From: Candidatus Marinacidobacterales bacterium
Lineage (GTDB): Bacteria > Acidobacteriota > Vicinamibacteria > Marinacidobacterales > SMYC01
Reading direction: 5' to 3'
Assembly (NCBI GenBank): GCA_965224085.1
Contig: CBDCYI010000011.1
Coordinates: forward strand, 928,001-992,000
DNA: 64,000 nucleotides
Part shown: positions 18,882 through 28,829 of the stretch, piece after piece
Numbering within the stretch: position 1 is the stretch's first letter
How the letters are laid out: each line of letters opens with the position of its first letter
Notes under the pieces: model-generated
The model's database searches: none
The model's input: only the letters and a program-made list of their open reading frames with translations
What the model was told of the DNA's origin: nothing
Position numbers and translations under genes: made by a program

Positions 18882-20222
18882 ATGTTTGAGCAGATTTCGG
18901 CGAAGCTCCAAGGTGCCTTCAAAACGCTCCGCGGTCAAGCGCGCCTAAAAGAAGAACATGTCGACGAGGCGCTGAGAGAGATCCGTCTCGCGCTACTCGA
19001 AGCGGACGTGCAGTTCAAAGTCGCAAGGGATTTCGTCGGGCGCGTGCGCGAGCGAGCGGTCGGCGAGGAAATCCTCGGCTCGCTCACTGCCGCGCAGCAG
19101 GTGATCAAGATCACGCGCGACGAGATGGTGACGCTGCTCGGGGGGCAAGAGGCCGAGCTCGAGCTGAGGGAGCGGTGGCCGTCTGTCGTTCTGCTGGCTG
19201 GGCTTCAGGGTTCAGGCAAGACGACCTCTTCGGCGAAGCTTGCGCGCGTCCTGTGCGCATCGGGGAAACACCCTGCGCTCGTCTCAGTCGACGTGCGGCG
19301 TCCCGCCGCTATACAACAGCTGAGAGTGCTCGGGCAATCGCTCGAGCTTCCAGTAATCGAGCCAGAGACTCTCGATCCGGTCGACCGCGCTCGTGCTGCC
19401 ATGCGAGATGCGCGCGATCACGGATTTGACGTGCTGATTGTGGATACCGCTGGCCGAGCACATGTCGACGAAGAGCTTATGTCGGAGCTCCAAGCGCTCG
19501 TCGCCGAGACCGAGCCCTGCGAAACCTTGTTCGTCGCCGATTCGATGACGGGGCAGGACGCCGTAAACAGTGCTTCGAGCTTTGGCGAGGCCGTACGCCT
19601 GACCGGTCACGTTTTGACGAAGCTCGATGGGGATGCGCGCGGCGGCGCGGCGCTTTCGATTGCCGCGGTAACCGGGGTTCCCATCAAGTTCGTCGGCGTC
19701 GGCGAGAAGCTCGACGCGTTTGAGCCCTTCCGGCCCGAGCGGATGGCGTCTCGTATTCTCGGTATGGGCGACCTGCTGAGCCTCATCGAGAAGGCAGAGC
19801 AGACTTTCGCAAAGGAAAGTGCTGCGGAGTTGGCGCGCAAAATGCAGAGCGACGAGCTGTCGCTCGAGGATTTTCGCCAGCAGCTTCGGCAGATGAAACG
19901 GATGGGCTCGCTCTCGGAGCTTATGAGCTTTTTGCCGGGGACCTCCCAAATGCCGGCGGAAGTGCACGAGTCCGAGCTAAAGCGCTTTGAAGCGATTTTG
20001 GATTCCATGACGCGGCACGAGCGCAACCATCCCCAGGTGGTCAACGGAGCCCGCCGTCGGCGGATCGCGCGAGGAAGCGGCACGGCCGTTTCGGACGTTA
20101 ACCGTCTGCTTCGGCGCTTTGCCGAGGCGCGCAAGATGGTACGCAAGATTTCCCGTCTTCAAAAAAGCGGCAAAGGTAGCTCGAAAAAGCTCGCCCGCAT
20201 GCTTGGCGGGTTCTCTAGGTAG
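18882..20222 (+). CDS. ffh: Signal recognition particle protein Ffh
   Basis: ALLEADV, GLQGSGKTT, DTAGR, TKLDGDARGG, M-domain SM...RRRRIARGSG. Confidence 0.98.
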   Translation: MFEQISAKLQGAFKTLRGQARLKEEHVDEALREIRLALLEADVQFKVARDFVGRVRERAVGEEILGSLTAAQQVIKITRDEMVTLLGGQEAELELRERWPSVVLLAGLQGSGKTTSSAKLARVLCASGKHPALVSVDVRRPAAIQQLRVLGQSLELPVIEPETLDPVDRARAAMRDARDHGFDVLIVDTAGRAHVDEELMSELQALVAETEPCETLFVADSMTGQDAVNSASSFGEAVRLTGHVLTKLDGDARGGAALSIAAVTGVPIKFVGVGEKLDAFEPFRPERMASRILGMGDLLSLIEKAEQTFAKESAAELARKMQSDELSLEDFRQQLRQMKRMGSLSELMSFLPGTSQMPAEVHESELKRFEAILDSMTRHERNHPQVVNGARRRRIARGSGTAVSDVNRLLRRFAEARKMVRKISRLQKSGKGSSKKLARMLGGFSR

Positions 20223-20260
20223 AACACTTTTTGTGAGGGGAGGAGGTCAATGAGCATTTC

Positions 20261-20497
20261 ATGTTGAGAATACGTTTAGCACGCAGAGGGAGCAAAAAGC
20301 GTCCCCACTACCGCGTCGTCGTCTCGGATTCCGCCACAGGACGTGGCGGAGACATCGTGGAGAATGTCGGCACTTACGAGCCGAAGCCGGAGGAGACCAA
20401 GGTCACGCTCAAGCGCGATCGGATCGACTATTGGATATCCAAGGGTGCGTTGGCGACGGATACGGTCAAGAGTCTCATCAAGAACAATCCCGTTTGA
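20261..20497 (+). CDS. rpsP: 30S ribosomal protein S16
   Basis: MLRIRLARRGSKKRPHYRVVV. Confidence 0.98.
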   Translation: MLRIRLARRGSKKRPHYRVVVSDSATGRGGDIVENVGTYEPKPEETKVTLKRDRIDYWISKGALATDTVKSLIKNNPV

Positions 20498-20548
20498 GGG
20501 TCGGACGGTTCTTGGGACCTTGCAGGGGCGCTGGCAGGAGGAAACGGT

Positions 20549-20779
20549 ATGAAGGAACTGTTGGAGCTCATTGCCAAAGCACTAGTCGACCATCCCGAAG
20601 AAGTCTCAGTATCTGAAGTTGGAGGAGAGCAGACCACGATCCTGGAACTCAGCGTGGCGCAGGACGATCTCGGTAAAGTCATTGGTAAGCAAGGGCGGAC
20701 GGCGAGGGCCATTCGAACCCTTTTGTCCGCCGCTGGAACGAAAATTGGAAAGCGTCTTCACTTGGAAATCATCGAGTGA
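20549..20779 (+). CDS. khpA: KH-domain RNA-binding protein KhpA
   Basis: [17 protein letters not shown]; lies between rpsP and rimM. Confidence 0.93.
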   Translation: MKELLELIAKALVDHPEEVSVSEVGGEQTTILELSVAQDDLGKVIGKQGRTARAIRTLLSAAGTKIGKRLHLEIIE

Positions 20780-20787
20780 TTTGTGAA

Positions 20788-21333
20788 ATGGTGGAGCAGT
20801 TTCTCGATTGGGCCGATCTCGTGGCCCTCGGCGAGATCGCGAAAGCGCACGGACGCTATGGGGAAGTCATTTTGAACACGAGATCCGATCAGCCCGAGCG
20901 CTTTTCCCGGCTTTTGCATGTTTTCGTCGAAGGTGCGGATGGCCGTCCCGAGGCAGTCGAGGTCGAGAGCGCTCGGATCCACAAGGGGCGGCCCGTCGTG
21001 AAGCTCGCCTGTATATCGAGCATCGGAGATGCCGCGGCGCTCGTTGGCAAAGAGCTCCGCATCCCGGAATCGGAGCTCGATCCGCTTCCCGACGGCAGCA
21101 TCTACCACTTCGATATCGTCGGAGCTACGGTGGAGGACCGCAAACGCGGCGTGATCGGAGTCGTCGAGAAAGTGATCTCGACGGGCGGCACCGATGTGCT
21201 CGTCGTGCGCTCGGCCGATGACCACGAGCAGCTCTTGCCGCTTTGCGACGAAATTTGCCGCCGCATCGATCGAGACGCGCGGCGCATCGAGATCGACGCG
21301 CCAGAAGGACTTATTGGACTCAATGCGCATTGA
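20788..21333 (+). CDS. rimM: Ribosome maturation factor RimM
   Basis: [24 protein letters not shown] barrel; operon context; start 20776 or 20788. Confidence 0.93.
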   Translation: MVEQFLDWADLVALGEIAKAHGRYGEVILNTRSDQPERFSRLLHVFVEGADGRPEAVEVESARIHKGRPVVKLACISSIGDAAALVGKELRIPESELDPLPDGSIYHFDIVGATVEDRKRGVIGVVEKVISTGGTDVLVVRSADDHEQLLPLCDEICRRIDRDARRIEIDAPEGLIGLNAH

Positions 21334-22015
21334 CATCGTCACTATCTTTCCGGAGATGTTCAGAGACGTCTTCGAGTTCGGCATCCTCCGTCGCGCGCGC
21401 GACAGAGGCATCGTCGACCTGTCGGCGCACGACCTCCGCAAATGGACGACGGACCGTCACCGGACAACGGATGACTCTCCGTACGGGGGAGGCCCGGGCA
21501 TGGTGATGAAGATCGAGCCTTTGGTTGCCGCAGTGGAAGAGCTCGTCGCAGAATCTGGTATCGATGGCTCGAAACGCCGCATCATCCTCTTGTCACCGCG
21601 CGGCGAGCCGCTGAGCCAGCCCAAAGTGCGCCACATCTCGGCGGCCGAACATGTGGTGCTCGTCGCCGGCCGCTATGAGGGTGTCGACGAGCGTTTCGTC
21701 GTCGCCACCGGCGCGGAAGAAATCTCGATCGGCGACTACGTGCTTTCGGGGGGCGAGATCCCCGCGATGATCATGGCCGACGCTTTGGTGAGGCTGCTTC
21801 CGGGGGCACTCGCGGATCCGGCGTCGGCCGAGCAGGATTCGTTCAGCGATGGAGTGCTCGATTGTCCTCACTACACGCGTCCAGCGGTGTTCCGCGGCCT
21901 GCGTGTACCCGAAATCTTGCTCTCGGGCGATCACGCCGCTGTTGATGCGTGGCGTTCGAGGCGCGCGCTCGACGACACGCGTGCGCGACGGCCGGAGCTG
22001 CTGCAGAGTACATAA
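21323..22015 (+). CDS. trmD: tRNA (guanine37-N1)-methyltransferase
   Basis: [44 protein letters not shown]. Confidence 0.98.
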   Translation: MRIDIVTIFPEMFRDVFEFGILRRARDRGIVDLSAHDLRKWTTDRHRTTDDSPYGGGPGMVMKIEPLVAAVEELVAESGIDGSKRRIILLSPRGEPLSQPKVRHISAAEHVVLVAGRYEGVDERFVVATGAEEISIGDYVLSGGEIPAMIMADALVRLLPGALADPASAEQDSFSDGVLDCPHYTRPAVFRGLRVPEILLSGDHAAVDAWRSRRALDDTRARRPELLQST

Positions 22016-22056
22016 ATAACACTAGCTATTCACAGACACTCAAAAGGAAGATCGAA

Positions 22057-22404
22057 ATGAATGTTATCGACAAATTGGACGCCCGCGAGCTCAGGAGCGA
22101 TCTCCCTGAGCTTCGGCCTGGCGACACGGTCAAAATGCACGTCCGTGTGAAAGAGGGGGACAAGGAGCGTGTGCAACTCTTCGAAGGCATGGTGATCGCT
22201 TTGAAGGGGAGCGGTCCTCGCGCCACGGTCACAGTCCGCAAGACGTCGTTCGGCACGGGCGTGGAGCGTATTTTTCCGCTGCATGCGCGCACGATCGACA
22301 AAATCGAAATCGTCCGTTCACATCACGTGAGGCGCGCGAAGCTCTATTTCATGCGTCAACGCAAAGGGAAGGCCGCTCGGCTTCGCGAGAAGAGGACGTC
22401 CTAG
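22057..22404 (+). CDS. rplS: 50S ribosomal protein L19
   Basis: RPGDTV..EGDKERVQLFEG, GVERIFP, VRRAKLYF. Confidence 0.98.
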   Translation: MNVIDKLDARELRSDLPELRPGDTVKMHVRVKEGDKERVQLFEGMVIALKGSGPRATVTVRKTSFGTGVERIFPLHARTIDKIEIVRSHHVRRAKLYFMRQRKGKAARLREKRTS

Positions 22405-22446
22405 TCAGTCGTCAAGTTGCCAGCTAACCACTAGAGCACTCCAAAA

Positions 22447-25400
22447 ATGGCCCTCAACAAAGACAAGATCTTCAAAGCAGCGGACAAAGCGATCCGCGCG
22501 AACAAGATCGAAAAGGCCATCAAGGAGTACGAAACCTGGCTCAACGAAAACCCGCGCGATTGGAATACCGTCCGCCAGGTCGGCGATCTCTATAGTCGCG
22601 TGGGACGTAGAGACGAAGCGATCAAGAAATACGCTCTCGTCGCGGACCACTTCAAGCGGGATGGCTTCAACGTTCGCGCCATCGCGACGCACAAAATGAT
22701 TCTGCGTCTCGACTCACACAACGAAGCCGCGATGCGAAACCTCGCCGAGCTTCAGGCGGAAGAAGGCCTCCTGATGGAGGCCAAATCGCATTTCCAGACA
22801 CTTGTCGAGCTCTATACCAAGCAGGGCCACAAAAAGCGCGCGGCTGAAGTATTCAAGAAGCTCGCCGAGATCGACCCTCAAGACGTCAAGATCCGCTACA
22901 AATATGCGGAGTTCCTGAGCAAACAGGGTAAGGCGGACGAGGCTTCGAGGGAATATGTCGGTATCGCCGACCAGTTCATCGGCCAGGGACTCGTCGACGA
23001 GGCGGTCAAGATCCTCGAGCAAGGTCGATCGCTGGCTACCAGCGATCCCGTTCTGAAGGTAAAGTTGGCCCAAGCACATTCACTGCACGGCAACCACGTC
23101 CCCGCTATCTCCTTACTCGAGGAAGTTCGGGGGACGGATCCAAACGATCCGGTTTTGCTGGCTCGGCTGGGCGAGGCTTATCTCGGCTCCGCGAACATGA
23201 TGGAGGCGGAGTCCGTCTTCCAGAAACTTCAAGAGGTGGATCCGCAAAATCCGGACAACACGCTCCGTCTCGCAGATCTGCGTATTGCACAATCCAAGTT
23301 CGACGACGCGCTTCAGCAGCTTACCGTCCTCGTCGACAGGGAAGTGGCGAATAACGAGGGCGGTAAGGCCGTTGAGCTCTTGCAGAAAATCCTCAGCAAA
23401 GAGCCTTATCACGTGAAATCGCTTCTCAAGCTCGCCGAAGTTCATACGATCTTGAAGAACGATTCCGGCAGGGTCACGGCTTACGACAGTCTGTGTGAGG
23501 CCTACCATCTGGCCGGCGATGCCGAGAAAGCCGTGCACGTGGCGGAGCAGCTCGTCGCACTCGAGCCCGAGAACGCGCAACACAAGGATCGGCTGAGTTT
23601 TCTCAAGTCTAAGCTTGCCGGGCCGCCGCCGCCCGAGGTTCCAAGCGCGGCGCGTCACGCTCAACAGGCTCAATCGCCTGCGCCCGAGATAGAGATCGAT
23701 GATACCGTCCCCGATTTCGATGAGATCGCGGAAGTCGACTTAAGCGAAGCCGTTTCCGAGGGCTTCGAGGCCGAGCTTACTTTGGACGACCCCGAGTCTG
23801 CGCCGGGGGTAGTACCTACTGGATCTCCTGTATCGGGGGCGGTGCCCATCGCGGCCGAGCTAGGAGAGATGATCGAGCTCACCCAAGAGGACGAGGAGAA
23901 CATTAGAGAGAAGCTGACGGAGGCCGAAGTGTTCGTCAAGTACGGACTCGTCGACAAAGCCATCACCCAGCTTCTCGACGTCCTCGAGAGTTTCCGCTTT
24001 CATGTCGATTCGCGCGCCAAGCTAGTCGAGATCTACAAAGAGCAGAATATGGCGCGCGAAGCCTCCGAGCAGCTGATGCAGTTGGCCCAGGTCTACGATC
24101 AGATCGGGCGTAGCAGTGACGCAAGCCAAGCTCGAGAAGAAGCCGCGGAGCTCAACCCAGCGCTGGCCGCCGAGACCGCGAGCGCCGAGCTTGCGGCTCG
24201 GGAAGAGCTCGAATTGACTCTCGCCCCGGAAACGGATTCGGATCTCGGCGATGTCGAGCTAGAGTCGGACGCGCCTGCGATAGGGGCCGATATGTTTTTG
24301 AGCCCAGCGGCCGAGGACGTACCGGTCGTCGAGGAAGAGGAATTCGCCGTTGTTGTCGCGGATGATAATTTTGCAATCGACGATTCTGAGGGCGAAGGCA
24401 CCGCGCTGAATCTTTCGCTCGACGAGGAGGAGTTCGACGTTGCCGTCGAGCCCGAGGCTGGCGATGAGGACTTTACCGTCGATCTCAGCGATGTTGCTCA
24501 GAGCTCACCGGACGTCTCGCTCGATGGCCTTGATGGTGGTGGTGGGCTCGAGATGAATGTGGACGCATCCGACTTCGAGGAAGAGATCTCCCTCTCCTTG
24601 AAGGAAGGTCTCGCCGAGGGCGACCAGGCAGCCAGCGACGAAGAGCTCGGTGATTTTTCCGTCTCCCTCGACGAGGAAGAGTTTTCAGTGGAGCTCCCGG
24701 AAGCTTTGGCGGATGACGACGACGACGACGACCTCGTAGCCCTTCCAGATGCCCCGTCGGTCGACGACATCGCTATCGATGTTCCCGACGACGTCCCGTC
24801 GGTCGACGACATGGCCATCGATGTTCCCGACGACGTTCCGTCGGTCGACGACATGGCCATCGATGTTCCCGACGACGTTCCGTCGATCGACAATATCCGA
24901 ATCGATGTTCCCTCGGTCGACGAGATAGTCTTTATCGAGGAGCCTACAGATGCTGCGGCAGAAATTCCCCCGCCTCCTAAAGAGCCTGTCCTCGAGCCGC
25001 GCGCGGCTGCGGCGGCGAGCCCGGTGGCTGCGGAGCTCGTAGAAGTCGATGAGTACATCGCGTTGGGCCTCTACGAGGACGCCCGCGATACGTTGCGCGA
25101 GCTTTTGAAGCAACATCCCGGCGACGAAGCCGTCATTGCCAAGCTCGAAGAGCTCGGATTCTCCGCCAAGCCGACCGAGCCTGCTCTGTCCGCCGCCGCG
25201 ATGGCTCCGAGCACCGAGCTTCAAGAAAATATCGAGGTCGAACAAGATCCGACAGCGGCGGCTCTACTCGACACGTCTCGCGAGGGATCGAACGATATGA
25301 GTCTCGAGTCGCTTGTCGACCCGCCCGCGCCGGATCCGATGGACGCTCCGCGAGGGACGGAGGAACCGTTCATCGACTTGGCCTCAGAGCTTTCCGACGA

Positions 25401-25893
25401 GATTTTCGGGACCCAAGCTGCGGTCGATGATGATATCGAGCCTGATGGTCCGATGACTGATCCGGGCCTCGACCAAATATTCAAGGAGTTCCGCAAGGGC
25501 GTCGAAAAACAGCTTGGAGCCGAGGACTACGACACACGGTACAACCTGGGGATTGCTTACAAAGAGATGGGCCTGTTAGACGAAGCTATTGCAGAGTTCC
25601 AGCTAGCAGCCAAAGACGAGGTTCGCGGGCTCGAATGCTGCAGCATGTTGGGTTTGTGTTTCATGGAGAAAGGCATGCCCCACATAGCCATCAAGTGGTT
25701 CTCCAAGGGGCTGGGGCTTCCCGGTCGTCGCGTCGAAGAGTATCAAGGGCTCCGCTACGACCTCGCCCAAGCCCATCAAGCTGCCAGCGAGCCTGAGCGC
25801 GCGCTCGAGCTCTACATGGAGGTCTACAAGGACAACGCTCGCTTCCGTGACGTCAAGGATCGCGTTCGTGAGCTTCAGGCAACGCGAAAGTGA
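22447..25893 (+). CDS. Large cytoplasmic TPR protein, SgmX-like, with long acidic linker
   Basis: N-terminal TPR array, central EAEVFVKYGL..KAI module, D/E-rich linker, C-terminal FKEFRKGV..EDYDTRYNLGIAYKEMGLLDEAIAEF TPRs. Confidence 0.8.
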   Translation: MALNKDKIFKAADKAIRANKIEKAIKEYETWLNENPRDWNTVRQVGDLYSRVGRRDEAIKKYALVADHFKRDGFNVRAIATHKMILRLDSHNEAAMRNLAELQAEEGLLMEAKSHFQTLVELYTKQGHKKRAAEVFKKLAEIDPQDVKIRYKYAEFLSKQGKADEASREYVGIADQFIGQGLVDEAVKILEQGRSLATSDPVLKVKLAQAHSLHGNHVPAISLLEEVRGTDPNDPVLLARLGEAYLGSANMMEAESVFQKLQEVDPQNPDNTLRLADLRIAQSKFDDALQQLTVLVDREVANNEGGKAVELLQKILSKEPYHVKSLLKLAEVHTILKNDSGRVTAYDSLCEAYHLAGDAEKAVHVAEQLVALEPENAQHKDRLSFLKSKLAGPPPPEVPSAARHAQQAQSPAPEIEIDDTVPDFDEIAEVDLSEAVSEGFEAELTLDDPESAPGVVPTGSPVSGAVPIAAELGEMIELTQEDEENIREKLTEAEVFVKYGLVDKAITQLLDVLESFRFHVDSRAKLVEIYKEQNMAREASEQLMQLAQVYDQIGRSSDASQAREEAAELNPALAAETASAELAAREELELTLAPETDSDLGDVELESDAPAIGADMFLSPAAEDVPVVEEEEFAVVVADDNFAIDDSEGEGTALNLSLDEEEFDVAVEPEAGDEDFTVDLSDVAQSSPDVSLDGLDGGGGLEMNVDASDFEEEISLSLKEGLAEGDQAASDEELGDFSVSLDEEEFSVELPEALADDDDDDDLVALPDAPSVDDIAIDVPDDVPSVDDMAIDVPDDVPSVDDMAIDVPDDVPSIDNIRIDVPSVDEIVFIEEPTDAAAEIPPPPKEPVLEPRAAAAASPVAAELVEVDEYIALGLYEDARDTLRELLKQHPGDEAVIAKLEELGFSAKPTEPALSAAAMAPSTELQENIEVEQDPTAAALLDTSREGSNDMSLESLVDPPAPDPMDAPRGTEEPFIDLASELSDEIFGTQAAVDDDIEPDGPMTDPGLDQIFKEFRKGVEKQLGAEDYDTRYNLGIAYKEMGLLDEAIAEFQLAAKDEVRGLECCSMLGLCFMEKGMPHIAIKWFSKGLGLPGRRVEEYQGLRYDLAQAHQAASEPERALELYMEVYKDNARFRDVKDRVRELQATRK
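24754..24927 (+). repeat. In-frame 42-bp tandem repeat (PSVDD[IM]AIDVPDDV), three full copies plus degenerate copies
   Basis: Units start at 24754, 24796 and 24838, with partial units at 24880 and 24910. Confidence 0.92.
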
Positions 25894-25985
25894 CGCTCTG
25901 GTTCTTTTCGGCCGCCTATCGTGCCAACGGTTCGTTCGATCGGGTTGGCCTGGGTTCCTGCTCGGTTTATAGGCTGGGTTCCTGA

Positions 25986-26327
25986 ATGATGGTCGATCGC
26001 CAGTGGTTCATTCTCTACGTTCTCGTATGTCTCGAGATTGGGCTCTTTCTCACGCTAGTACCCTGGTCGGCGATCTGGGAGCGGAACTATTTCCTGGATG
26101 CCTATCCGGGCCTTCGGCCGTACATGTTGGCGCCCACGCTTCGAGGCGCTGTCTGCGGGCTGGGTCTCGCAAATATCTATCTCGGGATCAGCGAGGTCCT
26201 GAATCGATGGCGGGCTTCGATAGAGCGCCAAGAGCTCGAGGAGGAGCTCTCCCGCCATTGCCGGCGGGACGACCGGCTCGCGCCCACAGAGGCTCGGAAC
26301 GCGCTCGCGGCACCCGAGGATTCCTGA
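25986..26327 (+). CDS. Small membrane protein of unknown function
   Basis: Two hydrophobic segments; CLEIGLFL..VPWS.IWERNYF; RGAVCGLGLAN. Confidence 0.7.
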   Translation: MMVDRQWFILYVLVCLEIGLFLTLVPWSAIWERNYFLDAYPGLRPYMLAPTLRGAVCGLGLANIYLGISEVLNRWRASIERQELEEELSRHCRRDDRLAPTEARNALAAPEDS

Positions 26328-26402
26328 TCCGACAGCGTTTTGTCAGACGGGAATCAAGTGGGGGCACGAGAGCGCTCCTGCGGCCGTTTTGGTGAAACAA
26401 AG

Positions 26403-27017
26403 ATGGATCGGATACTCGGTCGCTCCCGCCTTCGAACGTGCATGATTACCGGCTTCGCCGAACGTGAAGCGCTCTTTCAGCACATCGCGCACGCTCTCGA
26501 GAGCGGCGTCGATTGGGTGCAGCTGCGCTCGAGAGAGGCGTCTGGCCGGGACCTCGAAAGCTTCGTGTCGCAGTTGCTTGCGCGGCACCCGGACGCGCGG
26601 GCGAAAATTCTGGTGAACGATCGCTTTGATCTCGCTCTCGCGGCCCGTCTTGGCGGCGTCCATCTGCCAGCGGATGGTCTACCGGTTGCCGACGTTCGCC
26701 GGAGCGCACCGCCTGAGCTCGCGATCGGTCGGTCGACTCATAGTGTCGCGGAGGTGCGGGACGCGGCACAAAACGGCGCGGATTACGTGTTTTTTGGTCC
26801 CATCTATCCCACGAAGTCCAAACCCGGGCATCCAGGAGTCGGGCTCGAGCGGCTCGCGGCCGCGTCGCGGGCTGCGTCGATCCCGGTCTACGCGCTCGGC
26901 GGGATTTCGCCCCAACGCATCGATGCCGTGTTTGCGGCCGGGGCGGCCGGGGTAGCGGCGATCGCCCTTTTCCAGCGTGAAGCCTCGGTCCGCGCGCTCT
27001 TCAAAAAGCTTGCATGA
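26403..27017 (+). CDS. thiE: Thiamine-phosphate synthase (ThiE/TenI family)
   Basis: VQLR, VNDRFD, GVHL, GRSTHS, GPIYPTKSK, ALGGI; start uncertain (26340 or 26403). Confidence 0.85.
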   Translation: MDRILGRSRLRTCMITGFAEREALFQHIAHALESGVDWVQLRSREASGRDLESFVSQLLARHPDARAKILVNDRFDLALAARLGGVHLPADGLPVADVRRSAPPELAIGRSTHSVAEVRDAAQNGADYVFFGPIYPTKSKPGHPGVGLERLAAASRAASIPVYALGGISPQRIDAVFAAGAAGVAAIALFQREASVRALFKKLA

Positions 27018-27751
27018 CACCGAGAGAGATCGTCGAGCGGATCGGTCCTCACAGTACGGCCGCCGATGTGGCGCCGCTGCTCGATCACCACGAAACGGAC
27101 GAGCCCCATCTTCTGGCGCTCCTGAGAAAACGCGAGCTTGCGAGCGGAGTGATCGAGGCCGTGGCTCGACACGATCGATGGAACAAGAGGCGCGTCGTGC
27201 GCGCCGCCATCGTCAATCATGTCAAAACGCCCAAAACACTGGCGCTGCGGCTGCTGTCGCTCCTGTTCTGGAAAGAGCAGTTGAGAGTCGCGACGAATAT
27301 TCGCCTTCCGGTGGCGCTGCGGGTAGCTTCGGAGAACCGTCTCAAGGAGCGCCTCCCGGAGCTCGAATCCGGAGAGAAAATCTCGATGGCGCACTCGGCT
27401 CCGAGCGGGATCCTTTCCAAGCTTGCGCTCGAGAACGAGGAAAAGATCATCCGGGCGCTTTTGCGAAACCCGCGCCTCCAGGAGCTAGAGGTCATCGCGA
27501 TTGTGCGCCGGGAGTCGACCTCTGGGCCCGTGTTGCGCGTCGTCGCGCTGAGCGAGCGCTGGGTCCGCCGACCGGCGGTAAGAAACGCGCTCGTCTCGCA
27601 CTCCAATACGCCAATCCATGTGGCGCTGTCGTTGCTGCACCAGGTGCCAGAGCGTGAGTTCCGGACTCTGCTGCGCGAAAGCGAGCTTCCCCGCATCGTC
27701 GCGATGCGCGCCGAGCAAATTCTGTCGGGCGACGAGCCGTCCCTCCGGTGA
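27014..27751 (+). CDS. Alpha-helical (HEAT/LRV-like) repeat protein of unknown function
   Basis: Repeated VRxALVxHxxTP / ALLRNPRL helical motifs; overlaps the thiE stop. Confidence 0.7.
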   Translation: MTPREIVERIGPHSTAADVAPLLDHHETDEPHLLALLRKRELASGVIEAVARHDRWNKRRVVRAAIVNHVKTPKTLALRLLSLLFWKEQLRVATNIRLPVALRVASENRLKERLPELESGEKISMAHSAPSGILSKLALENEEKIIRALLRNPRLQELEVIAIVRRESTSGPVLRVVALSERWVRRPAVRNALVSHSNTPIHVALSLLHQVPEREFRTLLRESELPRIVAMRAEQILSGDEPSLR

Positions 27752-27873
27752 AAGGGTATGGAAGCCCTATGCACGCCATGCGTCCCGCGGAATCGGCGAA
27801 CCTATGCCGTATAGGGCGTGGCTCAGCTGCGCAGCTCTGGCCTTCAGAGATGTGTTTACTTCTGCCCCTTTCG

Positions 27874-27902
27874 TTGACACGGAATTCCGCGTCTGACACA
27901 AT
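27874..27902 (+). promoter_or_regulatory. Putative sigma70 promoter of the rodZ-like/kinase operon
   Basis: TTGACA-17 nt-CACAAT. Confidence 0.55.
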
Positions 27903-27995
27903 GGCCATGATTGGAGTAGAGCAGCAAAATGCCTTAGTCTGAGGGGGATAGAGGCCCACGACCCCTTCCGGGCATCGACTCGGCTGAATTTCCTG

Positions 27996-28817
27996 ATGGC
28001 GTCGCTTAGCGAGAAGCTGAGGCGCGAGCGTGAGCTTCGCGGTATCAGTTTGAAGCAGATTTCCGACGATACGAGGATCGGAGTTCGCTTTCTCGAGGCT
28101 CTCGAAGAGGACCGACTCGAGCTCATACCTGGCGAGTTCTATCGCCGGTCCTATCTGCGTGCCTACGCGCGCTACCTCGGGCTCGACGAGGACCGGGCTG
28201 TGAATGCTTATACCTTCTCCCAGAACGAGAAACCGACACCGGAAACGGAGAGCCCCGATAGCCTCCCTCCGTTTTGGCTTCCTTGGGCGGGCGTGGGCGC
28301 CGTCGTGCTGATAGGGACGGTGACGCTGTGGATTCTCAGCTCGGAGCCCGCTCCCGCGGTTCCGGCCGCCACGATAGAGATCGGGGAGATCGGATCTGAA
28401 GCTGTCGAAACGCCGCCCACTGAGTCCGAGTCTCCATCCGAGACCGGTCCTGCCACCGCGAGCAGCGTTCCCGTCCTCTCGCCGCCGGTGCACGCGTCGC
28501 TGATACCACCTCCGGTTCCGCGACAGATGAGAGGGAAGGCCGGGGCCCTTCGCTTGGTGCTCGATGTGCGCGAGTCCTGCTGGCTCGAAATCATGGCGGA
28601 CGGCGAAGTCGTTCTGACAGGGCTCAAAGAGCAAGGGTATCGCCGCGAGTTCGTCGCGAACGAGGAGTTGCGTCTCTGGCTCGGGAATGCGGGAGGCGTC
28701 TCTTTGTGGATCAACGATCGGCCTCTGAGAACGCTCGGGCGACCGGGGCAAGTCCGCAAGGATTTGTCGATCACGCCGGGCAATTACACAGAATATGTCG
28801 GTGACAATGTATCTTGA
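27996..28817 (+). CDS. rodZ: RodZ-like protein (XRE HTH, TM, DUF4115)
   Basis: LRRERELRGISL..TRIGVRFLEALE..SYLRAYARYLGLD; TM; CWLEIMADG..LGNAGGV. Confidence 0.85.
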   Translation: MASLSEKLRRERELRGISLKQISDDTRIGVRFLEALEEDRLELIPGEFYRRSYLRAYARYLGLDEDRAVNAYTFSQNEKPTPETESPDSLPPFWLPWAGVGAVVLIGTVTLWILSSEPAPAVPAATIEIGEIGSEAVETPPTESESPSETGPATASSVPVLSPPVHASLIPPPVPRQMRGKAGALRLVLDVRESCWLEIMADGEVVLTGLKEQGYRREFVANEELRLWLGNAGGVSLWINDRPLRTLGRPGQVRKDLSITPGNYTEYVGDNVS

Positions 28818-28829
28818 GACCGGAACGAC

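Noticed and set aside
24754-24927. Possible CRISPR array (also 37705-37944)
   Set aside because: Repeats are contiguous, in frame, multiples of 3 and lack unique spacers; no cas genes seen
25894-26402. TPP riboswitch upstream of thiE
   Set aside because: No GCTGAGA...ACCTG...AGCGTAGG-type core found
27492-28751. 419-aa minus-strand ORF
   Set aside because: Antisense to rodZ and the HEAT-like gene; Arg/Ala-rich shadow composition
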